Assembly (NCBI RefSeq): GCF_009914755.1 | Contig: NC_060945.1 | Strand: one strand, 5' to 3' | Length of the DNA stretch: 64,000 bases | Source of the DNA: the human T2T-CHM13v2.0 reference genome, Homo sapiens | Shown: piece by piece, positions 29,469 to 43,111 of the stretch | How positions within the stretch are numbered: position 1 is the stretch's first letter | Layout of the letters: the number at the start of each line of letters is the position of its first letter | Made by a program: the position numbers and the translations under genes | Notes under the pieces: model-generated | The model's database searches: none | Told to the model about the DNA's origin: nothing | What the model saw: the letters and a program-made list of their open reading frames with translations, nothing else

Positions 29469-29849
29469 GTAGGGCCGCTCAGTAGGAGTGCTGCCAAGAG
29501 TGGAGGGGGGCCACCGGCTTCCCTGCTGAAACTGTGAGACGTGCGTAGAAGGAAAGGGGGAGCCGGTGGAGCCCCTGGGGAGTCGCTCCTTTTGTGCAGG
29601 AAACCAGAACAGAAATCTTTCACGCTTCAAATACGCACACGAGTGTGGGAGTGAAAAGCATTGATTCCCACACTGAGGGGTTTGTGAGGCCTCCTGGCTC
29701 TGTTTGCAGAGATTGATTGTGCAGTTTGGATCTTTTAAATGAGATACTAAATCAAATAAAAATTATGATGCCTTCACCACAAGTTAATCACTATCAATAT
29801 TTGGGTGTATTTCTTCTAGTCTTTTCGTTTTTTCTTTCTGGTTTGCATG

Positions 29850-31180
29850 GGAGAGTGTGTGTGTGTGAGTGTGGCATGTTTATGTGTATAGTGCTTGTTG
29901 TGTGTGTGAGACTGTGGTGCATATGAGTGTGCATGGGGTGGGGGGATGTGTTGCAGTGTGTGGTGTGTGGTACAATTGTGTGTGTGTGGTGTAGAGTATG
30001 GGGCTGTGTGCAGCAGTGCGTGTGGGATGTGGTGTATGTGTTTTGCACTGTGGTGTGTGTGGTTTGTGCTACAGTGTGTGTGGTTTGTGGTATGGTGCTT
30101 GCAGTGTGGTATGCACCATATGTGTGAGCGTGTGTGTCGTTTTTGGTGTGTGGTGTAGGTGTGGTTTGTGGTGTGTGTGGTGCGTGTGGCGTGTGTGTGG
30201 TTTGTGGTGTGTGTGGCATATGTGTGGTTTGTAGTGTGTGTATGTGGCGTGTATGTGGTTTGTGGTGTGGTGTGGTATATGTAGCATGTGTATGGTTTGT
30301 GGTGTGTGGTGTGTATGTGGCATATGTGTGGTTTGTGATGTGTGGTGTGTGTGGCATGTGTGTGGTTTGCAGTGTGTAGTGTGTGTGGTTTGTGATGTGT
30401 GTGTGGCATATGTGTGGTTTGCAGTGTGTGTAGTGTGTGTGGTTTGTGATGTGTGGTGTGTGTGGCATGTGTGGTTTGCGGTGTGTGTGTGGTGTGTGGT
30501 GTGTATGGTGTGTGTGTGGGTGGTGGGGTGGTGTGTGTGTGGCATGTGTGTGGCTTGTGTGTGTGTGGCGTGTATGTGGTTTTGCGGTGTGTGTGGCATG
30601 TGTGTGGTTTGCGGTGTGTGTGTAGCATGTGTGTGGTTTGCAGTGTGGTGTGTGTGGCATGTGTGTGGTTTGTGGTATGGTATGCGTGGTGTGTGTGGTT
30701 TGTGGTGTGTGTGTGTCATGTGTGTGGTTTGCAGTGTGTGTGTGTGGCATGTGTTTGGTTTGCGGTATGTGTGTGGCGTGTGTGGTGTGTGTGGTTTGCA
30801 GTGTGTGTGGCGTGTGTGGTGTGTGATGTGTGGCATGTGGGGTTTGTGATGTGGTGTGTGTGTGGTGTGTGGTTTGCGGTGTGTGTGGCATGTGTGTGGC
30901 ATGTGTGGGGTTTGTGATGAGCTGTGGTGTGTGGCGTGTGTGTGGTTGTGTGTGTGTGGCGTGTGTGTGGTATGTGTGTGGCATGTGTGGTTTGTGGTGT
31001 GTGTGTGACGTGTGGTTTGCAGTGGTGTGTGTGTGGTTTGTGGTGTGTGGCGTGTGTGTGGTTTGCAGTGTGGTGTGTGTGGCATGTGTGTGGTTTGTAT
31101 GTGTGTGGCACGTGTGTGGGGTTTGCAGTGTGCTGTGCAGCATGTGTGTATAAGCGTGAGGCATGTGCGGGGTGTGCAGT
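29850..31180. repeat. 1.3-kb GT-rich degenerate repeat (gtgtgtggcat / gtggtttgcagt)
   Basis: Direct. Confidence 0.95.
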
Positions 31181-31189
31181 GAGCAGTGC

Positions 31190-31560
31190 CCCGGTGTTCC
31201 TGTGAGGGTGTGGGCGTGGCCACCCTGACGCTGTCCCTGTCCCTGTCTTTGCAGGACGGCTGTCCTCAGCGAGGGGCCGTGCACCCGCTCCTGAGCAGCG
31301 CCATGGGCCTGCTGGCCTTCCTGAAGACCCAGTTCGTGCTGCACCTGCTGGTCGGCTTTGTCTTCGTGGTGAGTGGTCTGGTCATCAACTTCGTCCAGCT
31401 GTGCACGCTGGCGCTCTGGCCGGTCAGCAAGCAGCTCTACCGCCGCCTCAACTGCCGCCTCGCCTACTCACTCTGGAGCCGTGAGTGTCTGCTGGGCCAG
31501 TCCCTGCCGCCTGGGGCTCCCGTGGGGGTGGCGCGCGACCATGCACGGGGCAGCCGTGGG
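31190..31560. promoter_or_regulatory. CpG-rich segment over the first coding exon
   Basis: Visibly dense CpG; not computed. Confidence 0.45.
31303..31480 (+). CDS. AGPAT3: AGPAT3 coding exon 1 (exon begins 31255; ATG 31303), MGLLAFLKTQ...LAYSLWS
   Basis: Acceptor ctgtctttgcag|31255; strong Kozak gcgccATGG; donor c|gtgagt at 31481; 178 coding nt; recognised N-terminus of AGPAT3. Confidence 0.97.
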
Positions 31561-32368
31561 CTCTCAGGCAGGAAGTGAGGGCTATGCAGGAGGTGCCGAG
31601 GCCATCTGGCTGGCAGGCTGTCGGAAGGCACCTGGCTACCTCTTTTTCTTAGCTTGAGCTGTGTGACGTGCCACTCTCACCATTCTGACCCATAGCAATG
31701 GCAGCTTCCCACGGTTTACCAGAGCATATGGGAATGTTTAAACAAAAGTAAAGAGAATGTTGAGTTCTGTTTACCCGTTACCAAGCTCCAACAGCTCCCT
31801 ACATGGCCCCTCGTGTGTCCTGCCCACACTGCGCCAACACCAGAGCATGCTGACGCGTATTTCAGCATGCATCCCTGAAAGAAAAGGTGTCCTGCCTCCC
31901 TGCGTATCAAACACATGTGTAGCTGTGTGTCTGTCCGTATGTGCCTCTGTGCGTATGTGTATTATACATAGAGAAACCGATCTGTACCTGTCATGTGGAC
32001 AGAGACTCAGAGGCTTGGTAACAACACCCACTGTGGACAGGTAACCGCTCACACCGGGCGTCGTGGGGACATGAACAGGCGCATCTCTGGAGGGTGGTTT
32101 GGCAGTGGCCGTCAACAGTTTAAGTGGTTGCAATTTTCAACTCAGCAATTCCACAGAATAACATGCAACCTACAGAGATGTGCAAAAGTATGCAACTGGA
32201 CAGGTGTTCTCATTTTATCACAGGTATTCTCATTATTGTATTATTTTTATAGTAGCACAAAACTAGAAGCAACCCAAGCACCTGTCACTGGAGACTAATT
32301 ATGCGGCACCCATACAGGGACCCTCTGCGGCCATCATGGAGAGCCTTCATCTTGCCCGTACAGTTTTA

Positions 32369-32855
<487 letters not shown>

Positions 32856-32899
32856 TTACGTTTTATTTCACACTCTCATGCTGTTTCCATGTTTTTGCA

Positions 32900-33432
32900 T
32901 GAGCGCATAGACACTTCGTCTCATATGGGAAACGGTGAGCGCATAGACACTTTGTCTCGTGGGAAACGGTAAGCGCGTAGACACTTTGTCTCACGTGAGA
33001 AATGGTGAACCCACATACACTTTGTCTCATATGGGAAACGGTGAGCGCATAGACACTTTGTCTCATGTGGGAAAGGGTGAGCACGTAGACACTTTGTCTC
33101 ATATGGAAAACAGTGAACGCGTAGACACTTTGTCTCGTGGGAAACGGTGAGCGCGTATACACTTTGTCTCATATGGAAAACAGTGAGCGCGTAGACACTT
33201 TGTCTCGTGGGAAATGGTGAACCCACATACACTTTGTCTCATATGGGAAACGGTGAGCGCGTATACACTTTGTCTCATGTGGGAAATGGTGAGCGCATAG
33301 ATACTTTGTCTCATGTGGGAAATGGTGAACCCACATACACTTTGTCTCATATGGAAAACGGTGAGCGCGTATACACTTTGTCTCATGTAGGAAATGGTGA
33401 GCGCATAGACACTTTGTCTCATATGGGAAATG
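32900..33432. repeat. VNTR, 34-36-nt unit atgggaaacggtgagcgcatagacactttgtctcat, ~14-15 copies
   Basis: Direct. Confidence 0.95.
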
Positions 33433-33444
33433 GCTGGCCTGTAA

Positions 33445-33922
<478 letters not shown>

Positions 33923-35048
33923 AGTTTGTTTCCTTTTTTAAATGAAAGGCTGCTGCTTTTTTCTGTGGGAAGGGAGAATTGGAAATCCTATAATATAAAA
34001 TATACAAATGAGTTATTCATGAGTATAACTGGATAAGATGAATACATACAAAAAGGGCAAATATTAACTGATGAAAACTAAATTACAGACTCCTACTTTC
34101 TAGCAGTATTCTGAAGCTAAAATACTACAAAACAGCTAAATCCTGCCTGAAACTGGCTTTTTAATGCATTTCTGGGCTCACAGTAAGGAAACAAAAACCT
34201 CTCAGCTCCACCCTTCCACCAAATCCCTTTAGCAAAAACCGGGGTGTGCAGAAATGGAATGTCAGCACTGCCTTTCAGGAGCCTAACCCTTGGGCAGCTG
34301 TAGCAGAGGGCGCTGAAGCTAAACCAGGACTCTTGAGCGAGGGCGCGAGACAAGCTAGGGTTAACAGTGACCCTTGGGTTTCAGCAGAGGCAAACGAAAG
34401 TACACTCTGGAGAAAGTCTCATTCAGGCCTGAAGAATCCCACAGATTAAGGAAAATTAAATATGAATTCATAATCAAGAATGACAACGTAAACAGCAGAT
34501 GTGGACTGAAGATGACCCACTGTGCCCCGACTTGAAAGAGAACCAAGTAGAACTGCTCTCAGTGAGAACTGTAGATATTTTAAAGCAAAAACTTACAGAC
34601 AGGTTTTGTATCAGATTAGATACAGTTAATGAGAATGGGTACAGAACCAAGTAGAACTGCTCTCAGTGAAAACTGTAGATATTTTAAAGCAAAACCGTAT
34701 GGATGGATTTTGTATCAGATTAGACACAGTTAATGAGAGAATGGGTACACCAGACATCAATGTGAAGAAATCATCCAGTGACAGTAAAGGAGGTGAAAAA
34801 TGTGAAATAGGCGTGAAAAGATGTAAGGACAGAATGAGAACCTTCATAAAATAGGGCTTTGGCCCCCATCCCCAAAGGAGAGAACAGGAGAAGCCTCCTG
34901 GGAAGAGAGGATGCCTGAGGACCTCCTGAACTGATGAAGGCACGATTTTTCAGATACAGGAAGCACATGTAGACCAAGCAGAGCGAATGCACAGAAATCC
35001 ACACCTAGGCAGGCCCTGGGGCATCACAGACCATCAGAGACAAGGAGG

Positions 35049-35513
<465 letters not shown>

Positions 35514-35723
35514 TCAAGAGTACAAATAAAATAAAAAGGTTTTGGTAAACAAAAAAATGAGAGCTTTTACTGCCCATAGATCTTCACTTCAATATTTTTT
35601 AAGGATGTGTTTCAGTAAGAACAAAAATTATAAAAGTAGGGTATAATTTTCAAGAAAGAATGGTAGCCAAAGAAATTAGGAGATGGATGAATCTAAACCG
35701 TATGTAAAATAAAAACAGTGCTC

Positions 35724-36112
35724 AGCCGGGCGCAGTGGGTCACGCCTGTAATCCCAGCACTTTGGGAGGCCAAGGTGGGCGGATCACCTGAGGTCAGGAG
35801 TTCAAGACCAGCCTGGTCAACATGGTGAAACCCCATCTCTACTAAAAATACAAAAATTAGCCTGGCATGGTGGTGGGCACCTGTGATCCCAGCTCCTCAG
35901 GAGGCAGAGGCAGGAGAATCGCTTGACCCTGGGAGGTGGAGGTTGCAGTGAGGTGAGACTGCACCACGCTCAGCTAATTTTTTGTTTTGTATTTTTATTA
36001 GAGATGGGGTTTCACCATGTTGCCCAGACTGGTCTCAAACTCCTGACCTCAGGTGATCCGCCCACCTCGGCCTCCCAAAGTGCTGGGATTACAGGCGGGA
36101 GCGCCCAGCCCA
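35724..36112. mobile_element. Fused inverted Alu pair (+ 35724-35967 / - 35961-36112)
   Basis: Sense Alu switches directly into an antisense Alu left arm at gcaccac. Confidence 0.88.
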
Positions 36113-36544
36113 GGTTCAGATTTTAATGGTAACTTTGTTAAGTATAGGGTAGGAAAAAAGAGAGATCAAACATAGCTTCCAAAGTATTAGAAAAAGATAA
36201 AGAAAAAAAGGTAAATCTCTTTTGTTAATGCAAGAAAGTAGAAAGAAAAGCATTAAAATAAGAAATATTGAGGTATACATTAAGATCAATATAAAATTCC
36301 CAGATACTTGGGATGACCACAAATACACAAGAAAAGCACTTCAGTAAGAACAGAAATAATCGGCCTCTCCATCTGCTGGGCTTGCGTGGGTATGTGAATT
36401 CCGTCTGTGACTTGTTGGATTTGGGATGTTCTCCACTTAGATTTATTTCCATGAATATGTTTGTGGGAGCCTTTCTGCAGTCAGAGGTATGTGGAAGCCT
36501 TTGCCAGTTCAGGGGCGCATGGTGAGAGCAGACCTCACAGTGGG

Positions 36545-36848
36545 TTTGTTTATGTTTGTTTGTTTTTGAGACAGGGTCTTGCTCTGTCGCCCAGGCTGGA
36601 GTGCAGTGGTGTGATCTTGGCTCACTGCAATCTCTGCCTCCTGGGCTCAAGCAGTCCTCCTACCTCAGCCTCCTTGAGTAGCTGAGACCACAGGTGTGCA
36701 CCATCATGCCCAGCTAATTTTTGTATTTTTTGTAGAGACAGGGTTTTGCCATGTTGCCCAGACTGGTCTCCAACTCCTAGGCTCATGTGATCCTCCTGCC
36801 TCAGCCTGCTGGGCTGCTGGGATTACAGGCTGAGCCACCGCACCAGCC
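36545..36848 (-). mobile_element. Alu (J-like)
   Basis: Antisense Alu with gggctcaagc. Confidence 0.9.
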
Positions 36849-37034
36849 ACAGTGTTTTCTGATGACCCTGAACCACGGTTTTATTTTCAATTCTTCATTC
36901 CTGTTCTCATTCCTTAATGCTGGGTGCCTTCTTGCTGCCCATTTTGAACTCACTGCCAGTGTGTCTCTGCTGTCATCTGATGTGCAGAGCTATAGGTGCT
37001 GCGGCGAAGGGTGCAGGTTTGGAGCCGTTTAAAC

Positions 37035-37210
37035 AACCTGGCCCAGCCTCCTCACTCCCTGCTGACCTTGGTCAAGGCTTCAGTCTCTAAACCTCAGCTT
37101 TCTCATCTGCAGAGCACAGACAAAACCACCTGCCTTTGAGCTGTCTTATAAAGCCTAAATCAATGCGCACAGCAGGTACACAGCAATGCTTGATAAATTG
37201 TTACTATTAT
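37035..37210. mobile_element. MIR
   Basis: tgaccttgg...tctctaaacctcagctttctcatctgca...atgcttgataaattgttactattatt. Confidence 0.7.
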
Positions 37211-37224
37211 TGGGTGAATTTTAG

Positions 37225-37533
37225 GTTTTTTTTGTTGTTGTTGTTGTTTTGAGACAGAGTCTCTCTGTTGTCCTGGCTGGAGCACAGCAGTGCGATCTTG
37301 GCTCACTGCAACCTCCATCTTCTGAGGTTCAAGTGATTCTCGTGCCCCAGCCTCCCAAGTAGCTGGGATTACAGGTGCCTGCCACCACATCCAGCTAATT
37401 TTTTTTATTTTTAAGTAGAGATGGGCTTTTGCCATGCTTCCCCAGCTGGTCTTGAACTCCTGGCCTCAAGTGATCCTCCTGTCTCGGCCTCCCAAAGTGC
37501 TGGGATTACAGGCTTGAGCCACCGCACCCGTCC
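37225..37533 (-). mobile_element. Alu, TSD gaattttag
   Basis: Full antisense Alu with TSD. Confidence 0.92.
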
Positions 37534-39566
37534 AGAATTTTAGATTTTTTTAAATCCGTGGTTGAAAAATAGGCTATGGCTGGCTTACTCATTGTGCTTT
37601 AGGGAAGCATGTATTTGAGTGAAGGAAATGATAAAAGGAATTTCATATCGGGCCCAGGCGCCGCCCACCCTGCAAGACAGTTTACAGATGCCTGCCCTGA
37701 CAGCTGTCTGCAGTTAGCCAGCGTCAGCCGAGGGGTCCTGAGATCCGCTGAAGGCTGCCTTTGCATGCCGACAGCAAGGGAAAAGTGCCACATGTCCCTG
37801 GGCTTGCCACAGGTGACCTTTGGATGGGACCATTCTCCAGACAGCGCAGCTCGTCTTTCCAGAACACTCATGGGGAGTGTGCCTGTGTCTGGCTGGCTGT
37901 GTGGGCTCCCATTCAGTTCATTCCCCTTCTCCAGCCTTTAGGCATGACCCTAAAGGCAGAGGTCTCAAGCACTTGCCAGGGGTGAGCCAGCGGTGGGGGC
38001 GCCCCTGCCAGGGCAGGCCTGCTGTGGGGGCTTGGTCAGCGAGTCTTCTCCCCACACGCAGGATTTCCTCCCGTCCACTGCCTCTGCCCACAGGTGACCT
38101 TTCTCTTTTAAAGGAATTGGGGTCCCTTGGTACCCCCACAAACCCTGAGTTCCCTCTCTCCTTTCTGCGTCCTTTCTGCTCGCCTGCATGTGCCTGCAGC
38201 ATCATGACCGCTGGGAAGACACTTCCCTGCACCTGCACGCTGTCTGCAGGCGTCTCTGGCCATCCTGGGCTGAGCTGCGTGATCTCGGGTAGCGGCCCTT
38301 TGTTCACCCGTGCAGGATGTCTTTGGAATTGGTCTCTAGTGTCCTTTATAAATAACTGGTATAAAAGAACCCCGGGCAATGGCCTTGCAGAAAGCCCACA
38401 CTTCAGAGCTGGGCTGGTGTCCAGCGCGAGAAGCCTGAGGCCGTCCTGAGCTGGAAGCCGCGTCCTGGTTCTGTGGGGCCATCCTTCCCGGACAACTGGC
38501 TGGGGGGCACAAGACTCTGGTGGCCGACAAGAGGCCCACCTGCTTGGCCTCCCTCTTGTCCTTCCCCACACGGCCCTCTGAACAGGACTAACTCCCTCTG
38601 AGGCCCACGTGTGACAAAGATGCACCGTTCTCACCACGGAACTCTTCAGCCCTGCAGTTCTCCCGAAGGTGAATGAGGGCATCCCAGAGTCCCCATCAGG
38701 AGACAGACGATGCTGCGTTCCCAGCAGCCCCAGAGCCCTCCCAGGCGTGCAGGTCTCCTGCCGGCAAACAGATCTCCCGGCACGAGCCCCTCCACACTTC
38801 TGGGAAGAGTGTCTTCAGCTCACCAGGCCGGAGCCAGGGGAAGAGACCAAGGGAGGAGGCTCCAAGAACCCCTGGGTGGGGGGGACAAGCACTCAAAGCC
38901 AGGACTGGCACCCCTCACATGCCAGCACCCACGGGGTCAGGTGTGCCCTGCTGTCTCTGGGGACCCCGCAGGCCTCTGGCCACCTGCCCAGCAGCAAGCC
39001 CCGTCGAGCACCCCCAGCCGGCCTTCCTGGGGGCGGGCTAGGCCTCACATGGCTTTTTTTTAAATATGGAAAACCAGTGTAACCCCAAAGCAAGTTTTAG
39101 GAGAAAATATAATTCCTATTACTCTGTCGTCTATAATTCCATTCTGCTCTTAACTCTTCATTTTTTCCCACTGTCTGTTCTGCAGACATACGATGGTTGT
39201 TTTCTGCTTCCTAATCATCTAGTGACATTTTTCATCTTCTGCACCTCTCACGGGGCGTGGCTGTGCGGTACTCGGCCACACCAAGGTGCACGTGAGAAGC
39301 GTAATTGGGCGTAAAGATCAGCGTCTCCATGCAGAGTGGCGGTTCTCTCCCTTTCTGCTGCTACCTTCCATCTGTCTCCTCCCAACTGTTGCTTAGAGAA
39401 AGTTATTGTAATTTCATAAAACGTACTCAGTGTAAGTCATCAAAACTCATGTTTAGCAGAGACTTCCTCTCTGGACAAAAATACTGTAGGTGTCTCCTGT
39501 GGGCGCTCCCTGACCATCCCAGGAGGAGGGGTCCTACCAGTGCCAACGCCCTCCCCCTGTCCGCAG

Positions 39567-39736
39567 AACTGGTCATGCTGCTGGAGTGGTGGTCCTGCAC
39601 GGAGTGTACACTGTTCACGGACCAGGCCACGGTAGAGCGCTTTGGGAAGGAGCACGCAGTCATCATCCTCAACCACAACTTCGAGATCGACTTCCTCTGT
39701 GGGTGGACCATGTGTGAGCGCTTCGGAGTGCTGGGG
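39567..39736 (+). CDS. AGPAT3: AGPAT3 coding exon 2 (QLVMLLEWWS...NHNFEID...FGVLG), catalytic motif I NHX4D
   Basis: ccgcag| acceptor, ggg|gtgagc donor, 170 nt, phase matches the previous exon (C+AA=Gln). Confidence 0.97.
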
Positions 39737-40738
39737 GTGAGCGGGGACCTGGGGAGGGCCACGGGTGAGCAGGAGGGTCCCGGGGAGGGCCGGGGGTGAG
39801 CGGGGACCCAGGGAGGGCCGGGGTGAGCAGGGGGTCCCTGCAGGGCTGGGGGTGGGGTGGTGACTGGGAGTGAGCTGGGCGGGGTCCCAGGAGGGCTGGG
39901 GATGAGCAGGGTGGGGTGGTCCTGGGGAGGGCTGGGGGTGAGTGGGGGGTCCCAGGGAGAGGCTAGGGTGAGCACCTTCCAGGGGAGGTGCTGGGAGTGA
40001 GCGGCAAGGGTCCTGGGGAGGATCTGGGGGAGTAGGCGGGTGCTGGGGTGAGCAAGAGGGCCCTGGGTGGGGGAGGTACTGGGTGGAGCAGTGGGGGTCC
40101 CAGCAGAGGAGCTGGGAGAGCCTTGGGTTTCCCAGGGAAAGGGCTAGGGGAGCAGGGGACTCCCTGAGGAGGTGCCGGGGAGGCCCCTGGGGTCCGAGTC
40201 CCTGGGTGTTCCTCCTGGGGCGTCTCTTTGAGCTCGGCAGTGGTGCCTGGCTGGTTGAGGGGCCCTGGCCCGCAGGGCCTCAGCTGTCCCCGAGCTGTGC
40301 CCTCCTTTCTCATCATGGCCTTTGCCTTTGAGATGACCCCACCTGCGTCCCTGCAGAACCACTTCCGTTAGCTAAGCTGCCTCAGATGAAACCTAAACTA
40401 CTCCCCGATGCTGGCAGAAGAATTTCATTGCAGTCAAAGCCCCTGTGTGAGGCAGCACCCCCAGGCCACCCCCCGGAAGCCTGGCAGCCTCTGCATCCGG
40501 CTCATCCACCTTCCCTGAGGGCCCTCCCAGCCAAGCCTGAGCCTCAGTTTCCTCATTTCTGGGGCGACCCACTCACCCTCAGAAGCCGGGTCCTGCTTCA
40601 CAGCAGACCCCCTGAGCCACAAAGCCGTGACTCCTAGAGCGACACCACACAGGAGCTGGGTGCAGCGGGAGCCTGGCCAAGCCCCTGGCCTCTGTCCGAC
40701 GCTGAAGTGCCAGGTGCCCCTCCTTCTCCTCCCTCCAG

Positions 40739-40900
40739 AGCTCCAAGGTCCTCGCTAAGAAGGAGCTGCTCTACGTGCCCCTCATCGGCTGGACGTGGTA
40801 CTTTCTGGAGATTGTGTTCTGCAAGCGGAAGTGGGAGGAGGACCGGGACACCGTGGTCGAAGGGCTGAGGCGCCTGTCGGACTACCCCGAGTACATGTGG
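40739..40900 (+). CDS. AGPAT3: AGPAT3 coding exon 3 (SSKVLAKKELLYVPLIGW...DYPEYMW)
   Basis: ccctccag| acceptor, tgg|gtgagt donor, 162 nt. Confidence 0.97.
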
Positions 40901-41271
40901 GTGAGTGCGCGGAGCAGCCCGATACCCTGCATGCCTGGAGGAGGCCACGCCAACTCCTGATGCACGGCTGCCCACATCCCAGGCTGGGAAACCCCATGAG
41001 AGCCTCTGCACATGGGGTGCTGTTTCCATGGGGCCATGACTCCCCCATCTGAGCTGCAGGCGTGGAGGCTTCTCTTGGGCCACCTGCTTGCTACTCGCCG
41101 CAATCCCAGCTCTGACCAGGCCATCCTAAGGGGATCTGGCCGGGGGAGGGGGCAGAGCAGGGTGCCCCCAGTGAGCCCTGGCTCTGCCCGCCCTGCTCAG
41201 TGTGCATCCCCATTCTTTTTCTGTCCCTTCTTCCTGGTCTGTCTTGGAAAATGGGCTGCCTGTGCTGTTAG

Positions 41272-41926
<655 letters not shown>

Positions 41927-42273
41927 TGCTGTTAACATTTCTAACTCATGCTGTGGCAAGTCGATGAAACCCTCTCTGTTTTCACACTGCTCAGAGGCTG
42001 CTGCCCCAACACACCTTCATGTTTCACTTCTTTCTGGAAAGTTCTTTCTGGAGAGCTCTCCTGTGTGAATGAACGTGTGTGACTGGAGTGCAGACTGTGG
42101 CCCTAGAATAAAAGAACCTTTCAGTCATAACCCATGCTGCTCGCTAAAGCGGTTCCAAGATTTCCACAAATTCAGCCACAACCTTTGCTGCCTGTCAGAG
42201 AGGCAGGCCTGGCCTGGACATGCACCCACCCCAGCTGCTCTGTGGAGTGACCCTGTCTCCGTGTTGATCCTAG

Positions 42274-42427
42274 TTTCTCCTGTACTGCGAGGGGACGCGC
42301 TTCACGGAGACCAAGCACCGCGTTAGCATGGAGGTGGCGGCTGCTAAGGGGCTTCCTGTCCTCAAGTACCACCTGCTGCCGCGGACCAAGGGCTTCACCA
42401 CCGCAGTCAAGTGCCTCCGGGGGACAG
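42274..42427 (+). CDS. AGPAT3: AGPAT3 coding exon 4 (FLLYCEGTRF...LLPRTKGF...LRGT), EGTR motif
   Basis: gatcctag| acceptor, cag|gtaggc donor, 154 nt. Confidence 0.97.
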
Positions 42428-43008
42428 GTAGGCCCCAGACTGCCCGAGCCGGGGCCACCGCTATGCTCACGGAAAATAGTGATTTCTTTAAAAAAAAAAA
42501 AAATGAGTGCATTCCATGTGAAACACAGAAGAACAGAAGTGCAAAAGGAATCAAGTGAGGGGGTCGGCGCCGCAAGGTTCCCGCGTCAGGTTTTGAGGTG
42601 ATAAAATGCTAATTCATGAGAAACAATTAAAATAATAAAAAATACATAATGCAAAACCTTATGAAGGGAAAATAATCATTATTGTATCTTATTAATCCAA
42701 AAGGAGTCAAAATAAAAGAAAGGGACAAAGAACAGAAAACAGCCAGACAGCAGGGTCACACTCACAGCGTCAGTACCCATGGGAAACGTCAGCCACTAAA
42801 TGCCCTCACCAACAGAGAATGGGGAAAAAAGAGGGGGAAAGAAAACTTAGAGAAGAGGTCCTGGTGTGTTCTCCCCAGGACGGGGCCAGACCCCTCACGC
42901 GTTCTCCCCAGGACGGGGCCGGGTCCCAGGTGGAACTTGCTTTTCCCTCTGGCAGTGACCATGCAGCCGCCTGGGCTGGGTCATTCACCCTCCCGTCTCC
43001 TCCCACAG

Positions 43009-43111
43009 TCGCAGCTGTCTATGATGTAACCCTGAACTTCAGAGGAAACAAGAACCCGTCCCTGCTGGGGATCCTCTACGGGAAGAAGTACGAGGCGGAC
43101 ATGTGCGTGAG
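43009..43111 (+). CDS. AGPAT3: AGPAT3 coding exon 5 (VAAVYDVTLNF...EADMCVR)
   Basis: tcccacag| acceptor, gag|gtgagg donor, 103 nt. Confidence 0.97.

Noticed and set aside
28740-29630. 200-280-aa ORFs with GVSGFPLHT / VEGETRDP repeats
   Set aside because: Products of the 27-bp VNTR, open in several frames on both strands
29794-31344. 516-aa His/Thr-rich minus-strand ORF and overlapping Cys/Val-rich ORFs
   Set aside because: Translation of the GT/CA low-complexity tract; stop-poor by composition
43009-43014. Second AG (tcgcag) 6 nt inside the exon acceptor
   Set aside because: Would delete only 2 aa; no evidence of use from sequence alone
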